Assembly: GCA_030704615.1 (NCBI GenBank)
Contig: CM060734.1
Span: forward strand, 5,890,001 to 5,954,000
Direction of reading: 5' to 3'
DNA length: 64,000 nt
From: Takakia lepidozioides
Lineage: Eukaryota; Plantae; Bryophyta
In this document: piece after piece, positions 1 through 12,407 of the stretch
How the letters are laid out: each line of letters starts with the position of its first letter
How positions within the stretch are numbered: the stretch's first letter is position 1
Notes under the pieces: model-generated
What the model saw: only the letters and a program-made list of their open reading frames with translations
Database searches by the model: none
Told to the model about the DNA's origin: nothing
Translations under genes and position numbers: made by a program

Positions 1-3000
1 GCGAAAACCCATTGGGTAGAACGATGGTCTTGGTGCTGGACGGTGTCCCGCCAGTAATGCTCGCTGAGGCATCCAGCATCGTAATATCTGCTGCTTCTGA
101 CGAAACAACGGCAGGAGGGCCATTCTCCTTGACCAAAGGCTTCTCCCGTAAATTTTCTGATGCAGAACAGATATGCTGTGATATCCACTCAAGCACTTGC
201 ACCAGTAGTGCAGGGGCAGGTGGCATAGCTGGGTCCAAGTCGGCAAAAAAGGGGACTGCTTGAGTGAGGGGCACTGACTTTGAGTCTGCATCTTTTGCTC
301 GAAGAAGAAACCCAAGATGCTCAAACTTCTCTGCCGTTATCACCTGGAAAGACAAGCACAATGTAACACCATCACACTTGTTATTATGCTTATTATGAAA
401 ATTATGCTTGCCCTGCCGTGATGACAACCGAAGACACAGGCTATCTGCATATATTGCACAGGCTTTAGATCATATCAGCCCGTGTATGGTTTCCCAGGAT
501 AAGGCGTCCATGTTGTTGAAGCAGCTTTGCCAGCCATATTTATTGCTTATTTAAAATCTGGGACTGTTGATTGTAAGAGGCCATCTTAAGGGTGTAGAAC
601 AAAATTCTTCTGTGTTATAAAAATAGCGATATAATGTACTCATAAGAGCAAAAGGAGCGAGAGAGAGATAGGTGATTGACCTTCCTCTCTGAATGTTGGC
701 TATGACATATCACTCAGGGTATAGTCCGATGTTGAATGGGTATCACCTCTTCTGGGTATTAGGATAAAAAGACTTGCGTTGGTTATCAGTAATGTCATAA
801 TTTCAGAATACAGTTATCAACTATCCTGGGTACCTAAGGAAATTTATCTGTCGGTTATGCATACCGGTTACCAACTCAGATATTGAAAACCCTTTAATAA
901 CCAGTGCTTCCCAGGGTGGATCAACAATAACATTAGCTCAGAGGGAAAGGGAGAAACTAGAAAATAGAGGGAGTTATCCTGATACCCAGGTTGATACTCT
1001 GAATTTACTACCACAGTTCTCTATTGAGTTGATACCGGGCATCCTACAATGTATCCGGAGAATCTGGGTATCAGGGGGTCCTTTGAAGGTCCTCAATCCC
1101 CATCATGGATAACCAGGTTAATACCTGGGCCAACACTGGTATAGTCTCCGACGGATATAAAACCCTACTGAAGTAGAGTTATTGCCCAACAGCTATTGAA
1201 ATTAACATATTTTCCATACACAACAACTGACAAACAAGTTACAGGGAATTGACTTTTGACTTTCAGCCTAGGACAGACATCATGCTAGAAAAAACAATGT
1301 TAACCAGCACTGCTGAACTCCTAATCTGCTAGAAACTGGCAGAGGAAGAGAGAGGAGATAGCAACGATCAGAGACACGAGAAGGTAAATAGTAGGGCACA
1401 TCAGAACTAGAGGACCTGCCCATATGATTGACCTACAATGCTGCGCCCCTGTTCAGCAGAGACAGATTCCCTACCTTAGCATCACTTTCTTCCTCATGTG
1501 TCGACTCTGCCAACAGACTAAGCAAGTTCAGCAAATGCTTCTGGACATATGCCAGCTGATGAGCCTCCTCCTCTGCTTGGCAAGGCATCGATCGTCGAGC
1601 AAGTGCTGCTGCCCTTGCCTGCGGCGAGCCAACCCCAAATCACTAACTCCTTCAAAAGAATTGCTTCCGATAGAGTCTTGATTTACGGCATTCTTCTTTG
1701 TACACGACTCTTCGGGAGCAGGTGTCGTCAGTTAGCAGTATAGCACTTGTTTTGACACTTTGCAGCCAAGTGAACTGAGGATTCACAAGTACAAACACAA
1801 ACAAAGAGACCAGCTATATAGCTAACTGCCTGAGGTTTGCTATGTTCCACATACAACTGCAAATAAGATGGCATCTAGTTGCTCAATTGTGTCATCAAAC
1901 CCTAAAGGTAAGCTAGGGTTAGTGGCAGACAGAAACCCACAGGTGGAGAAGATACTCAGTAACCAGAATTACAGGTATATTATTTATCTAACGATATGGG
2001 ACAACTGGGCTGCCTCCAAATCTGCAACCATACGCCATAAGTTCTCAGTTTGAACACCCAGAGACATAAATATATGTTCTCCAATAAACCTGGATGGGGG
2101 GAAGTAAAATTTGCGACTGCTCCAGACAGTATACAGTGTCAATATATGGTCAAGGCTCGTTTGATTACCAATAACAAATGAAGTTCTCATATTCGATAGA
2201 AAACTAGAATTCGTGACAACTTCTCCACAACATAAATTGCACTTGGTATTCATTGTCCGCCCTGAACAGTGTATTCCTAATTGGTCTCGAAGGGCACACC
2301 ACAGGATGTTCTGCTCCACAGAAAAACTTCCTAATTAAACATAAAACATTTTCCTATTTGATCTGCAAGCTCATTTGATCGTCCTCCAGGCAAGATTCCC
2401 TTTGGAGGGGAGGAACAAGAGGGGAAGAGGTTTGGGGCAAGAGGGAGGGAGATACCAATGATGGGAAGAAGTAGGACCAAGATAACCACCTGTAAGGAAG
2501 AAATGGCTGGAAGAAATCCATCAATTGCTGAAATTGAGGGCCACACGTCAGCTACAGCTGCAGCATCACGGTGCGGACGGGGAGGAACCCTTTTGTAGGT
2601 TTGAATGTACAAGAATAATAACAAATCATCAACATCAGCACCTATAGAATCAATATCTGTGACCGGACAGCGAGCCAAGCCATCGGCCCCTTCACCCTCG
2701 TGAGATAAGACAGAAGCCAACGTATCAAGTACCAAATGTGCGTAAGTCTCTGGCAGGCCCAAGCTTGTGGCTATGCCAGCTGTGGCCACACGTTTTTGAC
2801 CTCCGTGTGATCCAGTATTAAAGGCAGTACTGTCATTATTGTTGATGGACCAAGTGGAAATGGGCGGGGCTTGCTCAAGAAGTTTACTGCGGAGCACTCG
2901 TAATCCAGCCACGCCGTCAGAGTGCATTAGGCTGGGAATTGGAAGAAGGCCATACTCAAATGGTTCCCGCCGCACGTGCAGCCATGGTGGCTCCCTCCCT

Positions 3001-3038
3001 GCAGAAGTGCTGTTGCACAATGCTGTCCCAGCACTCAT
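1..3038 (-). CDS. TBCCD1: TBCC domain-containing protein 1 (5' part; coding exons 3038-2490, 1618-1475, 343-<1; continues beyond window start)
   Basis: Spliced translation gives REPFEYGLLPIP...DLLLFLYIQTYKR...AAVADVWPS|...SMPCQAEEEAHQLAYVQKHL|VITAEKFEHLGFL...QAVPFFADLDPAMP, matching the plant TBCCD1 N-terminus. GT-AG boundaries are in phase 0. Probable 5'UTR acceptor near 3109 and UTR exon near 4119-4247. Confidence 0.9.
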
Positions 3039-3169
3039 CTTCTTCTAACGGTCATTCACTGCACCTCTCTGCTCCAACACGTCTTCAACAATCAAGTGAA
3101 CCTCAACCCTGCAAGTAGAGACGAGTTTAAGAATGCACTGAGCAAACATTTCAACTGCATTGACCCCTA

Positions 3170-3260
3170 GAACAGTCTGACATTTTTTCCGCACCACTTC
3201 TCGGGATCATCCTGAGGCCGATGGCTTGGCAGAGAGGGTTGTTTAGACAGTAAAGAGGGT
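3170..3260 (+). mobile_element. Tiny Ty3/gypsy integrase fragment in the TBCCD1 5'UTR intron
   Basis: Translates RTTSRDHPEADGLAERVV*TVKR (HPxxDGxxER integrase motif). Confidence 0.55.
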
Positions 3261-5111
3261 TGTCACGTCACCAACACACTAAACACGTGTTTTATATACT
3301 GTGATGAACCAGTAACGGCCCTAGTTTTCCAGGTGGATGACAGCTCAATAGAAGTAGCGAAGCAGTTATAACCGCTACACTCCCGTCTGTGGGCTACTCA
3401 GCGTGTCAAAACCTCTGTATCATGAGAGCTGGAGTAGCGGAATCAAGCGTTGTCCAACCCACTTCGATTTCTTTCTGATACAATTGTGCAGAATTTATGG
3501 CTGATGTTATGAGACACTGGGAATAATTGAATACGGAAGTCAGCTAGCTCCAATCGACCCAGATGCGAGGTAGCACTAGTGACCATTACGTAAAGCTTAG
3601 ACGTACCCTTTCCAGACAAAGGCCTCCAACAATACTACCCTTTAAAACTAGTTAGGTGATTTTACCCACCAGAGTGAGATACTCAAGCCCAGAATACAAG
3701 CAGTTATATTTCCTGGTGTAAGGGTTGGCAGAGACATCACAATGAAAGCATCATGTTGATCCTGTATTGCAACTATAGCACTCTCCTGACCATAGATGGG
3801 ACACAAGTGGTTTTAGATGAACGCCGGTGGGAAAAGGAGAGACGGATAAAAGAATTAGCCGTACTTTTCAAAACACCAGCATAGATTATAAAGAACTGCA
3901 GACCGCACTCACCCTGAGAACAAACGCTGTCCACGACACAGCTTCCCAACCAATCCAGCACCGCACTGCCGCTGCCAACCTAACCCTAACCTCAATTGCA
4001 CCAGACAAGCTCATCCCCTGGCATTGGCTACTCTGCAGCAATCACTTTGCTGCCATCATGGGCCACAAAAATCCCTGGTAAAAAATTAAGCATCTTCCCA
4101 CTAATTTGGAGTCATACCTGCTCATCTCGACGACATAAATTCATGCCTGAGAGTACGACTGAGGTTGTAGGGTTTGCAAATCACTGAAACGTATTCTCAG
4201 CACCACAAACGACGTCATCCTGACGAGGCATTGTTTTCGTTAAAACTGCCGGCAATCACGCAGAAATGATGCAAGAGGGAGGACAGACGGGAGCACAGAG
4301 AGACACTAGCACACACAGAGATAGGCACTCGTTATGGAGAAAGCGTCTCTCTCTCTCACACACACTGCACAGAGCAAAAACCTGGACGAAAAGAAACCTA
4401 AACAGGGTTCTACGACGTCCAAGAGGACATCTTGAGAGCCCCAAAGCCAAAGCCGGTACACGCAGAATCTGCAGAGCGCTGTTGTTTTCCGCAGAGCGCC
4501 TCCGAACGACGGTGGCGATACGCGCGAGAAGACATATCCGCTGTGCGCTCAACCGTGCGGGAGTCCGCGCGGCCAACTGCGCAGCCAACTGGATTCATAA
4601 AAATACATGGCTGCAGCAGCCGCGCGGCGCAAATATAGCCGCGGACGCGGAGAAGATTACTACTCCTCCGCCGCAGGTGCGGGGCATAGCAGCTCTGCAG
4701 GCTCAGTCGGCCCGGCAACCGTTTCGTCGGTTATGTTTCCCTCGCAGATGAACATATGGATGCCCACATTCATCCAAAGTGTCGTCTTATGAGGCGCCCA
4801 CCCTCGGCACACTGTCCCAGCCACTACGAAGGATAGTGTTGGGGATGCCGGGGCAAAAACTGCCCGCCCTACCACGTACTCCGTGCCACGTTGGCGCATA
4901 GCCCTTGCCCTCCTCCCTGTTGACTCCCTACTCCCCAGCACCACGCGGGCACAAGCCTGGCTGTGGGAACCACCTAGCCTTCCTCGCAGGCCCAGGCCCA
5001 CGTCTTGCCACGTGAGGGCCTCCCTACCCGCCACGTGAGGGCCTCCCACAGCCTGATGCAGGACAGGCTCTCCTATCCACGGTATTTATTTTGAAGAATG
5101 CAACGCCCTTC

Positions 5112-6037
5112 TGTCGAGCGGCTTTTACTCACCCATCCCTTCGCTATCCGAGGTGGGAACTCCAAGATAGAAGAGTTGAAAATCTCTAAGCACTCAGCCC
5201 GCTCAAAACAATTAGTCATGACCTACAGCTAGTGTATCAAGTATCAGGCCGAAGGCATGGTGTCTCTAATCTGCTCTATAGTGCATCTCTACAGCTTGCA
5301 TGTATCAAGCATCAACAGATCGTCTCTCCTCCATCACCGTGCTCTTCATCCTTGCGCTCCAGTTCGTGCTCTCCGCCTGATCTCCTCTCCTGATGACCAA
5401 GTCGTGATCCAAGAAGTGTCCCCCTCCATGTTGCTACTCTGCCTATTCTACCTGCAAGTTGTTCTAACCGCCTAACTTACTAACTGTCATTCAAGACAGA
5501 ATGCACGCTCCTTGTGCAGATGTCGTTCCCACACAGTCGTTCCCTGCCAATGATAACCATTTCTTGTGTACGCTGTGACGGGCTGTGCCAAGCTGTGTCG
5601 GGCTGTGACTGTGCTGAGCTGTGTCGGACTGTGGCTGACTGTGTCGGGCTGTGACTGGCTGTATGAAGCTGTGTCGGGTTGTGACTGACTGTGTAAGGCT
5701 GTGTCAGGCTGTGACTAACTGTGTGAGGCTGTGTCAGACTGTGTTAGGTTGTGTCTGACTGTGGTAGGCTATGGTAGACTGTGTAAGGCTGTGTCAGGCT
5801 GTGACAGGCTGTGTCAAGCTGTGTCTAACTGTGTAAGACTGTGACAAGCTGTGTCAGCTGTGTCAGGCTGTATAAGCCTGTGACTGGCTGTGTGAGCCTG
5901 CCTACCACCCCTAAGGCCTGTGGCTGTCACCCCTAAGGCCTCTGTTGGTCTGAGCCTACCATTCGTAAGTCCGCGCAAAATTAAGGGTATGCCACAGAAC
6001 ACGTAAAACTGTCTAAGTCCCAGACAGCCCTCTAACA
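5112..6037 (-). mobile_element. LTR (3' LTR of a minus-strand gypsy-like element)
   Basis: Minus strand TGTTAGAG...CTCGACA termini, immediately preceded by polypurine tract GAGAGGGGGAGGGATAA (6038-6054). Confidence 0.6.
5570..5900. repeat. Degenerate ~10-bp tandem repeat (GGCTGTGTCA-like) inside the LTR
   Basis: About 30 imperfect ctgtg-containing units, directly visible. Confidence 0.9.
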
Positions 6038-8319
6038 TTATCCCTCCCCCTCTCAAAAAGTCGTGTCCTCACGGTTTACTATTTAGGATCAGCAAACCTT
6101 TGTGAACGAGCACCCTTCTGTCGATGAGAGTCCCTTGGCCTATATACTCGGGCATCCCCTTCCTTGCTACATGCAAATACTTCCAGCAATGCCGTCTTCC
6201 CAATTTGCAAATCGTAAAGTGGAAAAGAGGAAGCTACTACCATTGAACTACCACTTTATGAAACATGACTTTGCGTTATATATATTACCCAAAAATCCTG
6301 AAAGTCTTCTGCACAAAAACCTTCCAAATGTGATTGGCTTCAAAGTTGTGCCACGTCCACTGGCAGATTTTATGTGGCTTCCACCATAAACAACCTCTTC
6401 TGTGTAGGAAGTGCATTTATGTCCTGGAATACTAAAAAAGTCTCATACTTGTAGTGTACATTTGCATGCTTCATTCATAGTAATGTCCAGCATGTGCTTA
6501 CAGATGGAGATTTTGTAGGTGACGGGCGTTTCAGGAAGTGAGGGTGCAGGAGCTGGATGACGAAGGAGATCTTTGTTGGAATCGCCAGTGTGCTCGCCCG
6601 CAGGGATACACAGCGAATCCTCCTCGTCCTCTTCATCCACGTACTGGCGTGCCTCCGCGGCCATGGTTTCTAGCCTTCTGCTGCATCTAGGTGGAGCAAT
6701 GGGTAGTGGAGGTCGACGGCAAGTACGCTTAGGTTTGGGAGCAACAAGCCTGCAAGCCCGGCCCGATCAACAAGTTAACCAATCCCGCAAATTGCATGGT
6801 GCGCCATGAAAGTGTAGAAAGAGACGAACCCTTACAAACAAATTTCCCACTTAGCAACGCAATCCCAACACTGGGAATCCAGCTAAACCAGAAAACCCAA
6901 AAGACATGAAGGCGGGCATTTTCAGGCGAAACCATAAGCCCCTCACATTTTCAATAAAAACCCTAATGAGAAGCCCCTACAATTTTTTCTCTGACAACTG
7001 TAAACTAAAGTCCGGTCAGACGAGCACTCCGGTTGAGCACAAATGCTCTCCTGCGAGACAACGCCCACAACAATAGGGTGAGCCGCCCGTCACTGAACTC
7101 ACAGTGGGTGCGAACCAAACAACTCCGCCTCAACGTCCTTGTTGCGAGCAATGCAGCTCTCCCTTAGCTTTTCATACGCAGTTAGAGGACCGCACGGGGA
7201 GGGCCTGACCATGGTAGTCTAACATCACCTGGAAAGACCCTTGCATACCCCCTGTATAAGTACGATGTATATAGCGAGAGCGGGGTTTCGGGTGATGGCT
7301 CAACAACTTCGTCTACGCAGGAAAGATGACAAACTCTGGTGATTAGAGGAGGCGCAGGCCATTGCACATGGACAAAGCAAAATGTTGTGCAACTGCAGAG
7401 TCTGTCATGGAGGCATCCCGCAGTTTCTACACATGGCCAAAAAGCACCTTACGAAGTATGGCAGGGACCCTAACTTGCTGCACTGTACACTCCCGGTACG
7501 CCTTGCACAATGCATGCACTCTGACATGCTCGAAGCACGCCCGCGCATGTCTGTATGTTTTTGGCTATTTTCTGAATCCTTCTCCAGTCATGAGAATGAC
7601 TGGAGTTTGAATTACGTGTTGTTCTTCCGTTGGTTGTATTGGAGTCATGGAGTCCAAGTGATGGAGTCATGGAGTCGGGAGTGCCTCATAGTAGTCATGT
7701 CCATGACTTCATGACCGCGGATGATGGACATGTTAACTACGTGGCGTTCTTCCGTTGGTTGTACTGGAGTTTTGTAGTCGTAGTCATGAAGTGATGTAGT
7801 CGGGAATGCCTCTGAGGAGTAGTCAGGGCCATGACTACATGATCCCGGTTGATTGCCATGTGTCAAGCCTTCACGCATTTTGGGCTTTTGGTAGTTTGCT
7901 GCCATGTGTCATGCCTTAAACGCATTGCCCACTTGGGCATATTTGATGAGAGCTTTCACTTTGTCGGTATTTGTGTGTGTATTCTCACATAGTGTGTGTC
8001 GGGATGTCTTCCTCTATCACAGATGGTATGTTTGCTTTGTTTTTCGATCAAAACGGAGTTCCTAGAAAGCCCTATCATACATGTGTAGTTCTCATTCTTC
8101 TTTGTATGTGAGCTGCACAAGCTGCTTTGAAGTCAAGTCTGTGCTTCACAATGTCGTGTCCAGTTTCACAAGTGCGGGGGAGACTTGCAGCATTCACCTG
8201 TAGTGAACTAGCAAAATTGTTGAAAGTGTTTGCTTACAATACATGATTTAAAATAAATCTCAAAGTGTATGGGAGTTTTCAAATATGCGTCCTCATCAGA
8301 AGACAATTTGTGATGTGAT

Positions 8320-9810
8320 TTGAATTGGCAGGGCTACATTACATCCGATGATGAAGTGGAGGCTGAAACTAGTGGAGAGAATGTTGCTTACGATGACCAT
8401 TTCGAGGGAGAAGCAGGGAATGGGCTACGGGGCCAGATTGCCCGTGCTGTGCAAGATGCTTTTGAAATATCAGATAACCTCAGGCAAAATCCTACACCTG
8501 CCCCAAATGGCCCTCATAGAATGAGGATGGTGTTGAGAATGGTGAAAATCCCTCTGGAATGCATGATGGCGAAAATATCGGCAGAGAGGAAGCAAGCGCG
8601 CCAATGATTTTCACCATGAAAAACTCATGCGAGAGTCTCAAATCCTCTTATACAATGGGTGCAGTCACAACCATTTGACAGCCGCATTGGTGTTGCTCAA
8701 TTCGTGCGCCACTCAGAGATGTACTAACGCATTTGTGGATGAGTTATTTTCATTGTTGAGGCTGAAGATTTTGCCCAAACAGAACACCTTGCCAAATCGC
8801 ATTACGAGGCCAAAAATATGATCGTCATGATGGGCCTAGGATACTAACAGATCCATGCTTGTGAACGTGGATGTGTATTGTTTCGTGGAGAGCTCGAAAA
8901 GGCAACAATTTGCCAGAGTCCCCGATATTAAGGCGGCTGTGGAAAGGTGCCCAAGAAGGTGCTGCGACACTTTCCTCTCATACCTAGATTGAAACGGATG
9001 TTCTGAGCTAAGTCGCTCGCACAGCTGATGAAGTGGCACAGCAATCGCAGAAGTGCAGATGGCATGGTCCGACATGCTGCAGACACTAAGGCTTGGTGCC
9101 ATATTGACAACACATGATGGCCGGAGTTTGCATCAAATCCACGAAATCTGCGTCTTGGATTGGCGCTGGATGGGGTGAATCCTTATGGCACAAAATCCGC
9201 CTCTTGGTCCACGTAGCCCATCATGGTGCTCAATTATAATCTGCCTCCATGGTTGGTAACGAAGAATTTTTTTGTCATGTTAACACTCATGATTCCTGGA
9301 AAGGAATCTGTGACAAGTGAGAATCTGGATGTTTACCTTCAACCACTAGTGGAGGAGCTAGCGACGTTGTGGGTGGGAATTCCAGCCTTGGATGTGGCAG
9401 CCAATGAAGGACAACGGGCATTTACCATGCGGGCAGTCCTCATGTGGTCCATACATGACTTCCCCGCCTATGGCTTGCTATCAAGTCAGGTTCACCAAGG
9501 GTACATTGCTTGTCCAACATGTGGACCTCAAGTCAATTCCAGATATTCCCCAGCTTGTATTAAATTGATATTCCAGGGGCATCGACGATATCTTCCCCAC
9601 AATCATGCCTATAGAAGATCCAGACTTTTTAATGGGGTGCGAGACATGAGACCTGCTCCACATACAGTGATAGCCATCGAAATCATGGAGCGTGCAAGGC
9701 ATTACAAACAATGGATTGATGATGTTGGGACTGCAGGCGCATATGACGATCCCTCCAAGCTCCATGGCATAAAACGACTGTCCATTCTGTTTGACTTGCA
9801 TTATTGGGAG
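8320..9810 (+). mobile_element. CACTA/EnSpm Tnp2-family (Transposase_21) transposase pseudogene
   Basis: KVLRHFPLIPRLKRMF, FASNPRNLRLGLALDGVNP, YNLPPWL, LDVYLQPLVEELATLW, WSIHDFPAYG, YIACPTC, GHRRYLPHNHAYR. Several stops and frameshifts. Confidence 0.92.
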
Positions 9811-9819
9811 GTGCGATTG

Positions 9820-10180
9820 TCGCATGCTAAAAACAACGCGACCCCCGGACGTCGGATACGTAAAAAAACCCCGTCGCAGGGGAGGCGGTCTCTGCGACGC
9901 CCGGCCGTGGGTTTGAGCGACTCCCGGGAGTCGCATATTTATAAAAATGTTGTTTAAAAAGAAAACGCGGGGCAGGGCGGGAGTGGGAACAGCTACGCTG
10001 CGGCGTCGCTCCTAGCGACCCCCGGAGGTCGCCAAGGAAAAAAACCAGTCGCAGGGGGGGGGGGGGGGGTCGGCCGTTGCTACACAATGGGTTGTGGCGA
10101 CGGCGTGACGTCGCCTCTTGCGACCCCCTCCCGTGGCAAGCCAGAAATTCCCGTCGCATGGGCGCTGTTGATGGCATGCC
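9820..10180. repeat. GCGAC/GTCGC-rich CACTA-type subterminal-repeat element
   Basis: Dense GCGAC/GTCGC motifs and poly-G/poly-A runs; same style as 48060-48556. Confidence 0.55.
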
Positions 10181-11032
10181 GCTTGGTGGGGTGTTGGGGG
10201 GTTGATTTTGGGGGGTGAATTGGGGGTGATTTTTGGTTTTTCCCTGGTTTGTTTTTGGTGTGTTGGAAGAATGCAGACAGTAGGTAAAGATGATCTAGTC
10301 TAGGATGTCGTGAGAGACAATGCCCCTTACATGTCATATGTAGAGCAGACTCAGTCACTTGCCATGGATACTGAGTCTAGCCCCAGGGTTACGTTACAGC
10401 CGGAGATGTCTGGTCGTCATGTCAAGAGATGATGAACCTCTTGATAGGGAAAGCGATGGAGCCGCATTGAGCTTGGGGCAAGTAGCCAAGTCACCGTTAT
10501 CTTCACTCAGAGAGTTTCGAGACGCGGGATAGATGTTCATTGCAGCTGAAGACACTATGGGGATAGGCGTTCCCCAATCGGGTCAAATGGTATCTGGTGT
10601 AAATACTATTATGTGTGAGCCATCTTCCTCCCCCTATTTCTTTACCACTTATTATTGGAGCTCCGGGAATGGCAACCTGGGGTGTGGGGCAACAAAGTTG
10701 CAATAATTAAGTGAATTCTCCACTGGGAGGAAGGCAATAGGGCTCCTACTCATAGTTTGTTTGTTTTTTCTTTCTTTCTCACCATTTGTTGGAGTATTTT
10801 ACAGGTCATCATCAGTTCAAGTTCCGGAGAGGGTACCAACGATATTCTCTCTATCTTTTATTTATTTGGTTGTTCGCTTATTATTATTAACAATGTACAA
10901 ATCTTGTGCAGGGTTTGAAAACGACGTCAGTGTTTGCATCCATATGTCACCTGCATTATTGCCGATCAATCATAAGGTATCTGATTCTGATATAAGGCAT
11001 CGGCTACAGGAGACTAGCTAACAAACGGATCA

Positions 11033-11483
11033 TGTATAAGGTGTACACATACTCCCGTAAGCTGTCTTACCAGGGCTTAGCTCATAATATCGGCATTCAG
11101 AAGTCCTTTAGATGCTCTATGCTTATTTCAGATATCATCAAGGATGCCTTACTTTTCATACCCAATCAATCAACCATACTATTGCTGGAGAAGATCATAC
11201 CTGGCCAAGGGAGATTCATACCCCAGGGCTTTCAGTTCATCATTCCAGTTTGGAATGTGTTTGTTGCCTATCTGCCAAGGCCCTTCAAAAAATATTGTTA
11301 GTACATCAAAATGAGAAGGTGAAACGGGAAAGGAGAAGGGTAGATGGTGTGTACAAAAACCACTAAGTACACTGATCAGATAAAGAGAGGGAAGATATAC
11401 ATGTCATGTCAAGACATGGACAAGACCGCTAAGGTCATTGTCATTGAAAGACAATGCAGCCCTTTACAGGGCACCATCTAACA
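11033..11483 (-). mobile_element. Probable 3' LTR of the minus-strand gypsy element at 12408-16620
   Basis: Minus strand AAAAAAAAGGGGT PPT then TGTTAGATGG; likely ends ...CCTTATACA. Left boundary less certain. Confidence 0.5.
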
Positions 11484-12407
11484 ACCCCTTTTTTTTAACC
11501 CTCTCATTTGAATACCTCGTTACATTTCAGGGTATCTGAAAAAACAGGGTGGGAGGGCGGGATTCATGGTCATTCATATCATGAAAGCACCATGGGTTGA
11601 CATCAAACATTCATCACCATACTTGTAGATTGTAATCTCATTTCAAAAACCCAGATTGCAGGTCTGGAGATAAATCTCCAGAGCCAAGCATATAGTACTT
11701 AAAATTGAAATTGAAACATTAAGACATACATGTCTTAAGCATATTCCAGCCAACCCATACTGGTACATCTGGATCTGGTATTTCTATTGCAGGCCAGCGG
11801 AGATGCAAAGCAAGCACAATATAGGGAGTATATTAAGAGACCATATAGAGCTTACCAATTTTTTGTCCCAAGAGTTTAGAAAACAGTTTGTAGTCTAAAA
11901 AGAGCCCAACAATGTGATGCTTGTTAGTCTATAAATAACCACAATGTCTGTTTTACAAGACATAAGACACAAGCAGGATTCATAAAATAAAAACAGGGCC
12001 AAGTCTTTTTAAGCAGATACAAGTCTGGAGTGGTATTCCAGGGTCTTAAGAACAGCTCTGCCAGGGTAGAAAGGTAATTCAAAAACCCTGTTTGCAGTCC
12101 ATCGTATGAAATCAAAGTGAAATGAAGGTCTTGCAGAATGTGTGTTGTCTAGTAAGGCACAACGGTCCGTCTTAATAACCAGCCAAGAGGTTTCATTGTA
12201 GAGCCGAATTTCAGTGCAGCCAAGGTACCGACTGCCACATTGTACCCGCATTGAAACATGAAAAAAAATAGTAGATAAATCGGTAGATTTGTATTCTATG
12301 AGTTCTCATGTCTGCCCTACCTCCTGCCATGTAGATATGGTTGCAAGAAACCACAAACAAGGTAAGGAACAGAAGTAGATCCTCATTGGAGCCAAGTTGA
12401 AGCAGGT

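Noticed and set aside
4256-5049. Overlapping 100-160 aa ORFs
   Set aside because: GC-rich promoter/5'UTR of TBCCD1; no recognisable domains.
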